Position numbers and translations under genes: made by a program
Part shown: one piece after another, positions 42,878 through 51,097 of the stretch
Numbering within the stretch: position 1 is the first letter of the stretch
Layout of the letters: each line of letters starts with the position of its first letter
From: an uncultured Actinomycetota bacterium
Lineage (GTDB): Bacteria > Actinomycetota > Actinomycetes > Prado026
Length of the DNA: 64,000 bases
Direction: 5' to 3'
Assembly: GCA_963711005.1 (NCBI GenBank)
Contig: CAVQCJ010000002.1
Location: 475,729 to 539,728, forward strand
The notes under the pieces: model-generated
What the model was told of the DNA's origin: nothing
What the model saw: the letters and a program-made list of their open reading frames with translations, nothing else
Database searches by the model: none

Positions 42878-44380
42878 TCAGTACGCGCCGCTACCGCGGA
42901 GCACGGCGCGGGCGGTCTTCCACAGGATGAGCAGGTCCGTCGCGAGGGTCCAGTTGTCCACGTAGCGCAGGTCCAGGCGGACGGACTCCTCCCAGGACAG
43001 GTCCGCACGACCGCTGACCTGCCAGAGCCCGGTCACGCCGGGGCGCACCAGCAGCCGGCGCCGGGTGTCGTCGGCGTACTCGGCGACCTCCTCCGGCAGC
43101 GGCGGGCGCGGCCCGACCAGCGACATCGAGCCGGTCAGCACGTTGAACAGCTGGGGCAGCTCGTCCAGGGAGTACCGGCGCAGCCACGTGCCCACCCTGG
43201 TCACCCGCGGGTCGGCACGCATCTTGAACATCAGTCCGTCGCGGTCGGAGTGCTCGAGCAGCTGCTCGCGCAACGCCTCGGCGTCGACGACCATCGAGCG
43301 GAACTTCCACATCGTGAACGGCCTGCCGTCCTTGCCGATCCGCTGCTGGCGGAAGAACGCGGGGCCGCGGCTGGTCAGCCGGACCGCCAGGGTGATCGCG
43401 AGCAGGAGCGGAGAGAACAGCACGATCATCGCCAGCGCGAACGTCCGGTCGAAGGTCGACTTCACGATCCGGCGGCCGCCGGTGAACTGAGGCTGCTCGA
43501 CCTGCAGCAGCGGGAGGCCGGTGACCGGGCGGATGCTCAGCCGGGGACCGGCGACCTCGACCAGGGACGGGGCGACGAGCAGGTCGGCCCCGGTCGGCTC
43601 GAGGTCCCAGGCCAGCCGGCGAAGCTGCTCGGGACCGAAGTCGGGGCTGGCCAGCACCGCCACCGTGTCGGCGTCGGTGAGTCGGACGGCCTGCTCGACG
43701 GAGCCGAAGCCACCGACCACCGGGACACCGCGCTCCATCAGCGCGGGACGCTGGCCCGGCAGCGGCAGGCACGCGGCCACCACCTGCAGGCCGTGGAAGC
43801 GCTCGTCGCCGAGCCGGCGCAGCATCTCCAGGACGGGCACCTCGTGCCCCACGACGACGACCCGGTGCAGGTACTCGCCCTTGGCCCGGCGGCTGTGCAG
43901 CCACTGCCGCAGCACGTACCGGGCACCGACCGTGAGCATGGTGACCAGCGGCAGGCTGATCAGGACGTAGTGCCGACCCTCACTGCGGTTGGCCAGGTAG
44001 GCGGTGAAGGCGACCACGGCGGTGAGCGTCACCCCGGCGCGGGCCACCCGGCGGAACTCCTCCGAGCCGACACCGAGGAACCGTGGCTCGTACGCACGGT
44101 TGAGCGAGACAGCCAGCACCCACACGAACGGGATGACCACCGTCAACGTGTTGTAGACGCGCGGGACGTAGCCGGTCGGCGCCGTCAGATAGGTCACGGA
44201 CCCGGCCACCAACGCGGCGGCGGCGTCGACGCCGATGCACAGCCGTACGTAGTGGCGCTGCCAGCGCGACTCCGGACGTACGACGGCGACGTCCCCCGAG
44301 CGCGCCGTGGTGACCGATGCCCTCCGCAGCCCCTCGCTCGGGGCCAACCCCAGGCCCTCGCGATGGTCCAGCACAGCCAT
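42878..44380 (-). CDS. polyprenyl-phosphate glycosyl-1-phosphate transferase (WbaP/CpsE-type priming enzyme)
   Basis: N-terminal TM bundle plus a central Rossmann-like region. C-terminal Bac_transf domain: KRTFD..., FKMRADPRVTRVG..LRRYSLDELPQLFNVL.G.MSLVGPRP, RPGVTGLWQVSGR. ATG 44380 has a GGGAG SD (alternative GTG 44410). Confidence 0.9.
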   Translation of the reverse strand: MAVLDHREGLGLAPSEGLRRASVTTARSGDVAVVRPESRWQRHYVRLCIGVDAAAALVAGSVTYLTAPTGYVPRVYNTLTVVIPFVWVLAVSLNRAYEPRFLGVGSEEFRRVARAGVTLTAVVAFTAYLANRSEGRHYVLISLPLVTMLTVGARYVLRQWLHSRRAKGEYLHRVVVVGHEVPVLEMLRRLGDERFHGLQVVAACLPLPGQRPALMERGVPVVGGFGSVEQAVRLTDADTVAVLASPDFGPEQLRRLAWDLEPTGADLLVAPSLVEVAGPRLSIRPVTGLPLLQVEQPQFTGGRRIVKSTFDRTFALAMIVLFSPLLLAITLAVRLTSRGPAFFRQQRIGKDGRPFTMWKFRSMVVDAEALREQLLEHSDRDGLMFKMRADPRVTRVGTWLRRYSLDELPQLFNVLTGSMSLVGPRPPLPEEVAEYADDTRRRLLVRPGVTGLWQVSGRADLSWEESVRLDLRYVDNWTLATDLLILWKTARAVLRGSGAY

Positions 44381-44624
44381 GTGTAGATCTCCCGCCCCTG
44401 TGCGCACCACCCGTCCGGAGCCGACGAAGCCCGCCGCCCCGGCCGGGTGATCCGGCGAGTCTAGGGAGGCGGTTCGTGCCGGTTAAAGGCCAAGCGGCGC
44501 GAATCGTCCGAACGTAGGACCTGTTCGACCGTTCGTCTCACGCAAGCGTGTGCACCCGTCACTCAACGTGTCGAGGCGATGTCCCGGAGTTCGCTCCTTC
44601 AACCTCCTGAGGAGCCGCCCGGGC

Positions 44625-45239
44625 CTACTCGGGGTCGACGTGGAAGCGGTTCTGGGTGGGCTCCAGGCCGTCGAGGACCAGCCCCTCGACGGCGTCCGCG
44701 GCTCGGTCCACCAGGAACGGCACCTCCATGGCCTGCGCCGACGAGAACGGCTTGAGCACGAACGCCGCCGGATCCTGGGTCCCGGGCGGCCGGCCGATCC
44801 CGAACCGGGTCCGCAGGTACCCGGGTCCGCCCAGCGACTTGGTGACCGACCGCAGCCCGTTGTGGCCGCCGTCGCCGCCGCCGCGCTTGAGCCGCAAGGT
44901 CCCGAACGGCAGGTCCAGCTCGTCGTGGACGACCACGATCCGCTCGTGCGGCACCTTGAAGAAGTCGCGCATCGACGCGACCGGACCGCCGGACTCGTTC
45001 ATGTACGACTTGGGCTTGACCAGCACCACCGGCTGCCGCTGCGGGGAGCCGGGCGCGCCGAACGCGCCCTCGACCAGGTCCGCGCGGCCACGGTGCGCCT
45101 TGAACCGCGCTCCCAGCCGTCCGGCGAGCAGGTCGACGACCAGGAACCCCGCGTTGTGCCGGGTGGCGGCGTAGGACGGTCCGGGGTTTCCGAGGCCGAC
45201 GATCAGCCAGCGACCGCCGTCGCCGCTGGACGTGGGCAC
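44625..45239 (-). CDS. pth: peptidyl-tRNA hydrolase
   Basis: [50 protein letters not shown]. Confidence 0.95.
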   Translation of the reverse strand: MPTSSGDGGRWLIVGLGNPGPSYAATRHNAGFLVVDLLAGRLGARFKAHRGRADLVEGAFGAPGSPQRQPVVLVKPKSYMNESGGPVASMRDFFKVPHERIVVVHDELDLPFGTLRLKRGGGDGGHNGLRSVTKSLGGPGYLRTRFGIGRPPGTQDPAAFVLKPFSSAQAMEVPFLVDRAADAVEGLVLDGLEPTQNRFHVDPE

Positions 45240-45274
45240 GGTGCTCTCCGGGTGTGACGGACGGGTGCCCTGGG

Positions 45275-45907
45275 TCAGCCCTCGTCGGCGGAGTCGGCCG
45301 GCTGGTCTCCGGCCGCGGCACCCTCGCCCGCCTCGCCGGCCTCGCCGGCCTCGGGCTCCGGCTCCTCCTCGACGGTCGGGGCGGCGGCGATGAGCACGAT
45401 CTGGTCCGCGTCCGCGACCAGCGTGGTGCCGGCGGGCAGGACCAGGTCCCCGGCGCGGACGACGGTGCCGACCTCCAGGGTGTCGACCTCGAGCACGATC
45501 TCGCGCGGGATGTGGGTGGCCTCGGCCTCGACCGACACGGCGGCGGAGACGAGCTCGACGATCGCCCCGGCGACCCGGCCGTGGACGGACACCGGCACGT
45601 CGATGGTGACCTTCTCGCCGCTGCGGACGATCACCAGGTCGATGTGCTCGACGGTCTGCCGGACCGGGTCGCGCTGGATCGACTTCGGCAGCGTGAGCAG
45701 ATCCGTCCCGTCGGCGATGCCGACCCGGAGCAGGACGTTGGCGGTCTTGAGCGCGAGGGTGAGCTCGTGTCCGGGGAGCGCGACGTGCGCGGGAGCCGTG
45801 CCGTGGCCGTAGATGACACCGGGGACGTTGCCGGCCCGACGGGTCCGGCGGGCGGCACCCTTGCCGAACTCCTGGCGCTGCTCGGCCTTGATGCGGACCT
45901 CGGGCAT
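45275..45907 (-). CDS. rplY: 50S ribosomal protein L25/general stress protein Ctc
   Basis: [36 protein letters not shown], plus the acidic C-terminal tail typical of actinobacterial L25. Confidence 0.95.
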   Translation of the reverse strand: MPEVRIKAEQRQEFGKGAARRTRRAGNVPGVIYGHGTAPAHVALPGHELTLALKTANVLLRVGIADGTDLLTLPKSIQRDPVRQTVEHIDLVIVRSGEKVTIDVPVSVHGRVAGAIVELVSAAVSVEAEATHIPREIVLEVDTLEVGTVVRAGDLVLPAGTTLVADADQIVLIAAAPTVEEEPEPEAGEAGEAGEGAAAGDQPADSADEG

Positions 45908-46020
45908 CGCTGTGCTCCTCTGTTCTCGTCGATCACGGATCTCGGCGGCGTCTCACCGCCGGTCCCTCGCCGGGCAGCGGGCAGTCTACGGGCGCCCCGC
46001 GCGCTCCCCCAAACCGCGGG

Positions 46021-47001
46021 TCAGGCGTTGCCGTCGAAGAGGCTGGTGACCGAGCCGTCGTCGAACACCTCGCGGATGGCCCGCGCGATCAGCGGGGCGA
46101 TCGAGAGCTCCGTGAGCTTGTCGAACCGCTTGTCCTCGCTCAGCGGCAGGGTGTTCGTGACCACGACCTCCGACACCCGGCTGTTCTTGAGCCGGTCGAC
46201 GGCCGGCCCCGAGAACACCGCGTGGGTCGCCGCGATGATCACGTCGGCGGCGCCGTAGTCGTACAGGGCGTCGGCGGCCTTCACGATCGTCCCGCCGGTG
46301 TCGATCATGTCGTCGACCACGACGCAGACCCGCCCACGGACGTCCCCGACCACGCGGTTGGCGACGGCCTCGTTCGGGACCAGCGGGTCGCGGCTCTTGT
46401 GGATGAACGCCAGCGGGCAGCCGCCGAGCACCTGGGTCCAGCGCTCGGCCACCCGCACCCGCCCGGCGTCCGGGGACACCACGGCCAGCCTGGCGACGTC
46501 GACCCGGCCGCGGACGTACTGGGCCAGCAGCGGCAGCGCGAAGAGGTGGTCCACCGGGCCGTCGAAGAAGCCCTGGATCTGCGAGGTGTGCAGGTCGATG
46601 ACCATGAGCCGGTCGGCGCCGGCGGTCTTGAACAGGTCGGCGATCAGCCGCGCGGAGATCGGCTCCCGGCCGCGGTGCTTCTTGTCCTGGCGGGCGTACG
46701 GGTAGAACGGCATGACCACGGTGATGCGTTTGGCCGACGCCCGCTTGAGGGCGTCCACCATGATCAGCTGCTCCATCACCCACTTGTTGATGTCGGTGCC
46801 GTGGCTCTGCAGCACGAACGCGTCGCTGCCGCGCACCGACTCCTCGAACCGCACGAAGATCTCGCCGTTGGCGAAGTCGTACGACGAGGTGGGCGTGACA
46901 TCGGAGTCGAGGTACTCGGCCACCTCGTCCGCGAGCTCCGGGTAGGCGCGACCGGAGAAGAGCATCAGCTTCTTCTCGCTGCTCGTCTTGATCGAGCTCA
47001 C
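46021..47001 (-). CDS. prs: ribose-phosphate pyrophosphokinase
   Basis: 326 aa. [29 protein letters not shown]. The GTG start overlaps the glmU stop (GTGA at 46998-47001). Confidence 0.97.
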   Translation of the reverse strand: MSSIKTSSEKKLMLFSGRAYPELADEVAEYLDSDVTPTSSYDFANGEIFVRFEESVRGSDAFVLQSHGTDINKWVMEQLIMVDALKRASAKRITVVMPFYPYARQDKKHRGREPISARLIADLFKTAGADRLMVIDLHTSQIQGFFDGPVDHLFALPLLAQYVRGRVDVARLAVVSPDAGRVRVAERWTQVLGGCPLAFIHKSRDPLVPNEAVANRVVGDVRGRVCVVVDDMIDTGGTIVKAADALYDYGAADVIIAATHAVFSGPAVDRLKNSRVSEVVVTNTLPLSEDKRFDKLTELSIAPLIARAIREVFDDGSVTSLFDGNA

Positions 47002-48500
47002 TGGCCCTGCTCCTCGCTCTGCACGGACGGCTGTGACGGCTGGGACGGCTCTGCTCCCGATGATGCCGCAGCGGAGGCCGCCGCGGCGGCCCGGGCCGAC
47101 TCCGACCCAGCGCGACGCCGGGCCACCCAGCCGGCGATCGTCCGCTGCCGGGCCCGGCCGACGGCCATCGCCCCGGGCGGGACGTCCTCGGTGATGACCG
47201 AGCCCGCGGCGGTGTAGGCCCCGTCGCCGATGTCGACCGGAGCGACCAGCATGGTGTCCGAGCCGATCCGGACGTGGTCACCGACGGTCGTGCGGTGCTT
47301 CGCCTCGCCGTCGTAGTTCACGAAGATCGTCGCGGCGCCGATGTTGCTCCCCGCCCCGATCTCGGCGTCCCCCACGTACGTCAGGTGCGGCACCTTCGAG
47401 CCGGTCCCGATCACGGCGTTCTTGGTCTCGACGTAGGCGCCGATCTTGCCGTCGGCCCCGAGCACGGTCCCGGCCCGCAGGTAGGCGAACGGCCCCACGC
47501 TTGCGCGCGGGCCGATGTCCGCGCCGGTGGCGTGGCTGCGCACGACGGTGGCCTGCGGCCCGATCGTGCAGTCAAGCAAGGTGGTGTCCGGTCCCACGGT
47601 CGCGCCGGCAGCTACGCTCGTCGAGCCGAGCAGCTGGGTGCCCGGGAGCAGCGTGACGTCGGCGGCGAGCTCCACCCCGGCGTCCAGCCACGTGGTCTGC
47701 GGGTCCACGACGGTCACGCCGGCTCGCATCCAGCCCTCGACCAGCCGGTCGCGCAGCACCCGGCCCAGGCCGGCGAGCTGGATGCGGTCGTTGACCCCCT
47801 CGGTCTCCCGGGAGTCCTCGACGAGCACGGCGTGCACCGCATGCCCGTCGGAGCGCGCCATCGCGACGACGTCGGTGAGGTACGCCTCACCGGCCGCGTT
47901 GTCAGTGGTCAACCGGCCCAGCGCGTCGGCCAGGAAGGCCGCGTCGAACGCGTAGATACCGGTGTTCACCTCGGCGACAGCCGCCTGCTCGGCGGTCGCG
48001 TCCTTCTGCTCGACGATCGCCGCCACCGCGCCGTCCGCGTCGCGCAGGACCCGCCCGTAACCGGTGGGGTCGGCGAGCTCGGCGGTGAGCACGGTCACGG
48101 CGTCGCCGCCGGCGTCGTGCACCCCGACCAGCTCGCGCAGCGTCGCGGTGGTCAGCAGCGGGACATCTGCGTAGGTCACGACGACCGTGCCGGACAGCTC
48201 GGCCACCCCGCCCAGTGCGGCCAGCCCGCAGCTCGCGGCGCGACCGGTGCCCTTGACCTCGTCCTGGTCGGCGACGACGACGTCCGGGGCGATCGCGGCG
48301 AGATGGTCGACGACGGCGTCCCGCTCGTGCCGGACCACGACCACCAGGTGCAGGGGCTCCAGACCGCGCGCGGCGGCGATCGCGTGCCCGAGCAGGCTCC
48401 GGCCGGCGATCTCGTGCAGGACCTTGGGCCGGGCGGAGCGCATGCGGGTGCCCTCGCCCGCGGCGAGCACGATGACGGCGGCCGGACGGCTGCGGCTCAC
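46998..48500 (-). CDS. glmU: bifunctional UDP-GlcNAc pyrophosphorylase / GlcN-1-P N-acetyltransferase
   Basis: [19 protein letters not shown] at the N-terminus, hexapeptide-repeat C-terminal half, and an Ala/Ser-rich tail. Start at GTG 48500. The 788-aa track ORF is an over-extension. Confidence 0.95.
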   Translation of the reverse strand: MSRSRPAAVIVLAAGEGTRMRSARPKVLHEIAGRSLLGHAIAAARGLEPLHLVVVVRHERDAVVDHLAAIAPDVVVADQDEVKGTGRAASCGLAALGGVAELSGTVVVTYADVPLLTTATLRELVGVHDAGGDAVTVLTAELADPTGYGRVLRDADGAVAAIVEQKDATAEQAAVAEVNTGIYAFDAAFLADALGRLTTDNAAGEAYLTDVVAMARSDGHAVHAVLVEDSRETEGVNDRIQLAGLGRVLRDRLVEGWMRAGVTVVDPQTTWLDAGVELAADVTLLPGTQLLGSTSVAAGATVGPDTTLLDCTIGPQATVVRSHATGADIGPRASVGPFAYLRAGTVLGADGKIGAYVETKNAVIGTGSKVPHLTYVGDAEIGAGSNIGAATIFVNYDGEAKHRTTVGDHVRIGSDTMLVAPVDIGDGAYTAAGSVITEDVPPGAMAVGRARQRTIAGWVARRRAGSESARAAAAASAAASSGAEPSQPSQPSVQSEEQGQ

Positions 48501-48594
48501 GCGGCTCCTCGACGACAGCGGCGGGGACTGCGGGGCTGGGACCCGGTCGCTGGCCGCGGACCGGACCCTTCGAGGATACCGGGCCGGTCGGGGG

Positions 48595-48667
48595 CTCCGC
48601 CGCCTGGACTCGATCCAGGACCGCAAGCCTTCAAAGGGCTGCAGGCTACCAATTACCCCACGGCGGA
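48595..48667 (-). tRNA. tRNA-Gln (anticodon UUG)
   Basis: Hand-folded 73-nt cloverleaf. The acceptor TCCGCCG/CGGCGGA has 7 perfect bp with U1:A72 and G73. The D-arm GGGT-AATTGGTA-GCCT has G18G19. The anticodon loop is CTTTGAA. The T-arm is CCTGG-ATCGAGT-CCAGG. No CCA is encoded. It lies upstream of glmU. Confidence 0.7.
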
Positions 48668-48770
48668 TCGGGCCGGAACCGGCCGCCACGTCAGTCTGGC
48701 ACGGCAGGTCGTGGATGATGGCCGCGTGACCGACACCGACGACCGGGCCGCCCGTGCGACCCGAGGTCGT

Positions 48771-49373
48771 ATGAGCGGCAAGGAAAGGCGCGCCCAGCTC
48801 GTCGAGATCGGTCGGCGGCTGTTCGCGGAGAAGGGCCTCGAAGGCACCTCGGTCGAGGAGATCGCCGCGAAGGCCGGGGTTTCCAAGCCGGTCGTCTACG
48901 AGCACTTCGGCGGGAAGGAAGGGCTGTACGCCGTGGTCGTCGACCGCGAGATGCAGCGCCTGCTGGACGCCATCACCGGCGCCCTCACCGGCGGTCACCC
49001 GCGCGAGCTGCTCGAGCAGGCGGCGTTCGCGCTGCTGGACTACATCGAGGACAACGCAGACGGCTTCCGCATCCTGGTCCGCGACTCCGGCGTCGGTACG
49101 TCCACCGGCACGTTCACCAGCCTGATCAGCGACATCGCGACCCAGGTCGAGCACATCCTCGGGTCGGAGTTCAAAGCGCGCGGCTTCGACACCCGGTACG
49201 CCCCGCTGTACTCGCAGATGCTCGTCGGCATGGTGGCACTGACCGGGCAGTGGTGGCTGGACGCCCGGCGTCCGAAGAAGTCCGAGGTGGCCGCACACCT
49301 GGTCAACCTCGCGTGGAACGGGCTGTCCGGACTGGAGCCGAAGCCGACGCTCATCGGCCGGCACAACCGCTGA
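48771..49373 (+). CDS. TetR/AcrR family transcriptional regulator
   Basis: [41 protein letters not shown] is a TetR HTH. ATG 48771 has a GAGG SD (alternative GTG 48726). Confidence 0.9.
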   Translation: MSGKERRAQLVEIGRRLFAEKGLEGTSVEEIAAKAGVSKPVVYEHFGGKEGLYAVVVDREMQRLLDAITGALTGGHPRELLEQAAFALLDYIEDNADGFRILVRDSGVGTSTGTFTSLISDIATQVEHILGSEFKARGFDTRYAPLYSQMLVGMVALTGQWWLDARRPKKSEVAAHLVNLAWNGLSGLEPKPTLIGRHNR

Positions 49374-49395
49374 CCGGCCGGGCTACGGTCCCGGC

Positions 49396-49830
49396 ATGAC
49401 GCACGGCCTCGCCGGGCCGACACCGGCACCGCAGCCGGGGTGGTCCCCGCCGCCCCCGCCGCGGCCGAACGGGCTGGCGGTCGCGGCCCTGGTCGTCGGC
49501 ATCGTCGGTCTCGCGCTGTGCTGGGTCCCGTTCGTGGGGCTCGGGCTGCCGATGCTCGCACTCGGGCTGGGCGCCGCCGGGCTCGGCCGGGCCCGCGGCA
49601 CCGGGCCCGGCCGCGGGCCCGGGCTCGCTGGGGTCGTCCTGGGCGGGCTGGGGCTGCTCGTCGCGGTGGCGGCGACCCTCGTGTTCGTGCTCATCTGGCC
49701 GAAGGTCTCGCCGTGCCTGGACTCGCGACTGTCCCCGGACGCCCGGACGCAGTGCCTGCGCGACCACCTCGGGCTCCCGCCGGCCGATCCCACTGCGCCG
49801 GCCGGCGGGCAGCAGCTCAGCCGATCGTGA
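49396..49830 (+). CDS. DUF4190-like small membrane protein
   Basis: Pro-rich N-terminus, then NGLAVAALVVGIVGLALCWVPFVGLGLPMLALGLG and a second helix. Confidence 0.6.
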   Translation: MTHGLAGPTPAPQPGWSPPPPPRPNGLAVAALVVGIVGLALCWVPFVGLGLPMLALGLGAAGLGRARGTGPGRGPGLAGVVLGGLGLLVAVAATLVFVLIWPKVSPCLDSRLSPDARTQCLRDHLGLPPADPTAPAGGQQLSRS

Positions 49831-49846
49831 GTCAGCCGATCGTGAG
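49817..49846. repeat. perfect 15-bp tandem duplication spanning the stops of two convergent genes
   Basis: TCAGCCGATCGTGAG at 49817-49831 and again at 49832-49846. Copy 1 holds the TGA of the + gene (49828-30). Copy 2 holds the stop (tca 49832-34) and last 4 codons of the - gene. Confidence 0.9.
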
Positions 49847-50350
49847 CACCTTGGACCGGTCGACGACTCGCTGGACGTAGGCCCGGGTCTCCCGGAACGG
49901 CGGTACGCCGTGGTAGCGGCGCACCTGGTCCGGCCCGGCGTTGTAGGCGGCCAGCATGTTGCGCACGCGGTCGCCCGGGATCCCGGCGACGTCCTTCATG
50001 AGGACGCAGTCGAAGTGCGCGGCGGACGCGATCGCGTCCCGCGGGTTCCACACGTCCTTCACGCCGTCCCCGTCCCCGTCGACGGCGTAGGCCTGCCATA
50101 CGGCGGGCATGAACTGGGCCATCCCCTGGGCGCCCACGCGGCTGGAGGCCCGCGTGTCCCACCCGCTCTCCTGCTCCAGCTGGGCCGCCAGCACCCGCGG
50201 GTCCAGACCAGGGCACTGCGCGGCCGCGGCGAGCACCGGCGCGCGGTACTCGGGGGGCACGGTCGGCGGCCCGGCGGTGAGGTGGACCAGCGCGAGGGAC
50301 CCCGCGGCCAGGAGGCCGGCGAGGGGCAGCACCGCCCAGCTCCTGCGCAT
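49832..50350 (-). CDS. lytic transglycosylase (SLT domain), secreted
   Basis: Signal peptide. LAAQLEQESGW (catalytic Glu), GAQGMAQFMP, AYNAGP. Confidence 0.85.
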   Translation of the reverse strand: MRRSWAVLPLAGLLAAGSLALVHLTAGPPTVPPEYRAPVLAAAAQCPGLDPRVLAAQLEQESGWDTRASSRVGAQGMAQFMPAVWQAYAVDGDGDGVKDVWNPRDAIASAAHFDCVLMKDVAGIPGDRVRNMLAAYNAGPDQVRRYHGVPPFRETRAYVQRVVDRSKVLTIG

Positions 50351-50444
50351 CGGTCCTCACCGTCGCTCCGGCTCCGGCTCCCACGGTAACCGCGGGCCGT
50401 CGACGGCTCCGAATCTGCGGCGTGGCGCGGTTCCGCGGCCGGTG

Positions 50445-50458
50445 TCTCGAAGTCGAGA
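50445..50458. promoter_or_regulatory. palindrome TCTCGA-AG-TCGAGA in the SLT/MarR divergent intergenic region (candidate MarR operator)
   Basis: 6-bp perfect arms at 50445-50450 and 50453-50458, about 20 nt upstream of the MarR start. Confidence 0.25.
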
Positions 50459-50478
50459 GACCGACCTCAGGCGTGGCT

Positions 50479-51000
50479 ATGCTCGCCCGCATGGCCTCGA
50501 CCACCGGACGGCGCGACGAGGTCGACCGGCTGGTCGCGGCATGGGCCCGGGAACGTCCCGACCTGGACGTCTCGCCGCTCGAGGTGCTCTCCAGGGTCAG
50601 CCGGCTCGCCCGGCACCTGGACCTGGCCCGGTCCGAGGCGTTCAGCGAGCACGCGCTGGACCCTTGGGAGTTCGACGTCCTGGCCGCGTTGCGGCGGGCC
50701 GGCTCGCCGTACGAGCTGTCGCCGGGACAGCTGCTGACGCTGACGCTGGTCAGCAGCGGGACCATGACCAACCGGATCGACCGGCTCGCCGGGCGCGGGC
50801 TGGTCACCCGCCGGCCGGACCCCGACGACCGACGGGGCGTGCTGGTCACCCTGACCGACGAGGGGCGGGCACGGGTCGACGCCGCGCTGGCCGACCTGCT
50901 CGCGCAGGAGCGCGAGATCCTGTCGGCACTGCCGCGCGCGGACCAGGACCGCCTGGCCGACCTGCTGCGCGAGGTCACCGTCCCGTTCGACGACGCCTGA
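50479..51000 (+). CDS. MarR family transcriptional regulator
   Basis: WEFDVLAALRRAG.PYELSPGQLL..TLVSSGTMTNRIDRLAGRGLVTRRPDPDDRRGVLVTLT is a winged-helix MarR. The start is ambiguous (50422, 50479 or 50491). Confidence 0.85.
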   Translation: MLARMASTTGRRDEVDRLVAAWARERPDLDVSPLEVLSRVSRLARHLDLARSEAFSEHALDPWEFDVLAALRRAGSPYELSPGQLLTLTLVSSGTMTNRIDRLAGRGLVTRRPDPDDRRGVLVTLTDEGRARVDAALADLLAQEREILSALPRADQDRLADLLREVTVPFDDA

Positions 51001-51014
51001 CCCCCCACGAACGC

Positions 51015-51066
51015 CGTCGTTGCATACGGATTGGGGGCCATAGCCCCCAATCCGTATGCAACGACG
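51015..51066. terminator. bidirectional hairpin: perfect 24-bp stem, 4-nt loop
   Basis: CGTCGTTGCATACGGATTGGGGGC-CATA-GCCCCCAATCCGTATGCAACGACG lies between the convergent MarR gene and the 850-aa membrane protein gene. Confidence 0.6.
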
Positions 51067-51097
51067 AGCGGCGGCCGGCGGCAACGACGAGCGACTG

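Noticed and set aside
50351-50478. Possible c-di-AMP (ydaO-type) riboswitch upstream of the lytic transglycosylase gene, as seen before rpf/cell-wall hydrolase genes in actinobacteria
   Set aside because: The 128-nt leader lacks the conserved ydaO core strings, such as the ACCCGAAUCC...CAGCUAACCUCGUAAGC-like segments. Only a short TCTCGA/TCGAGA palindrome is present.
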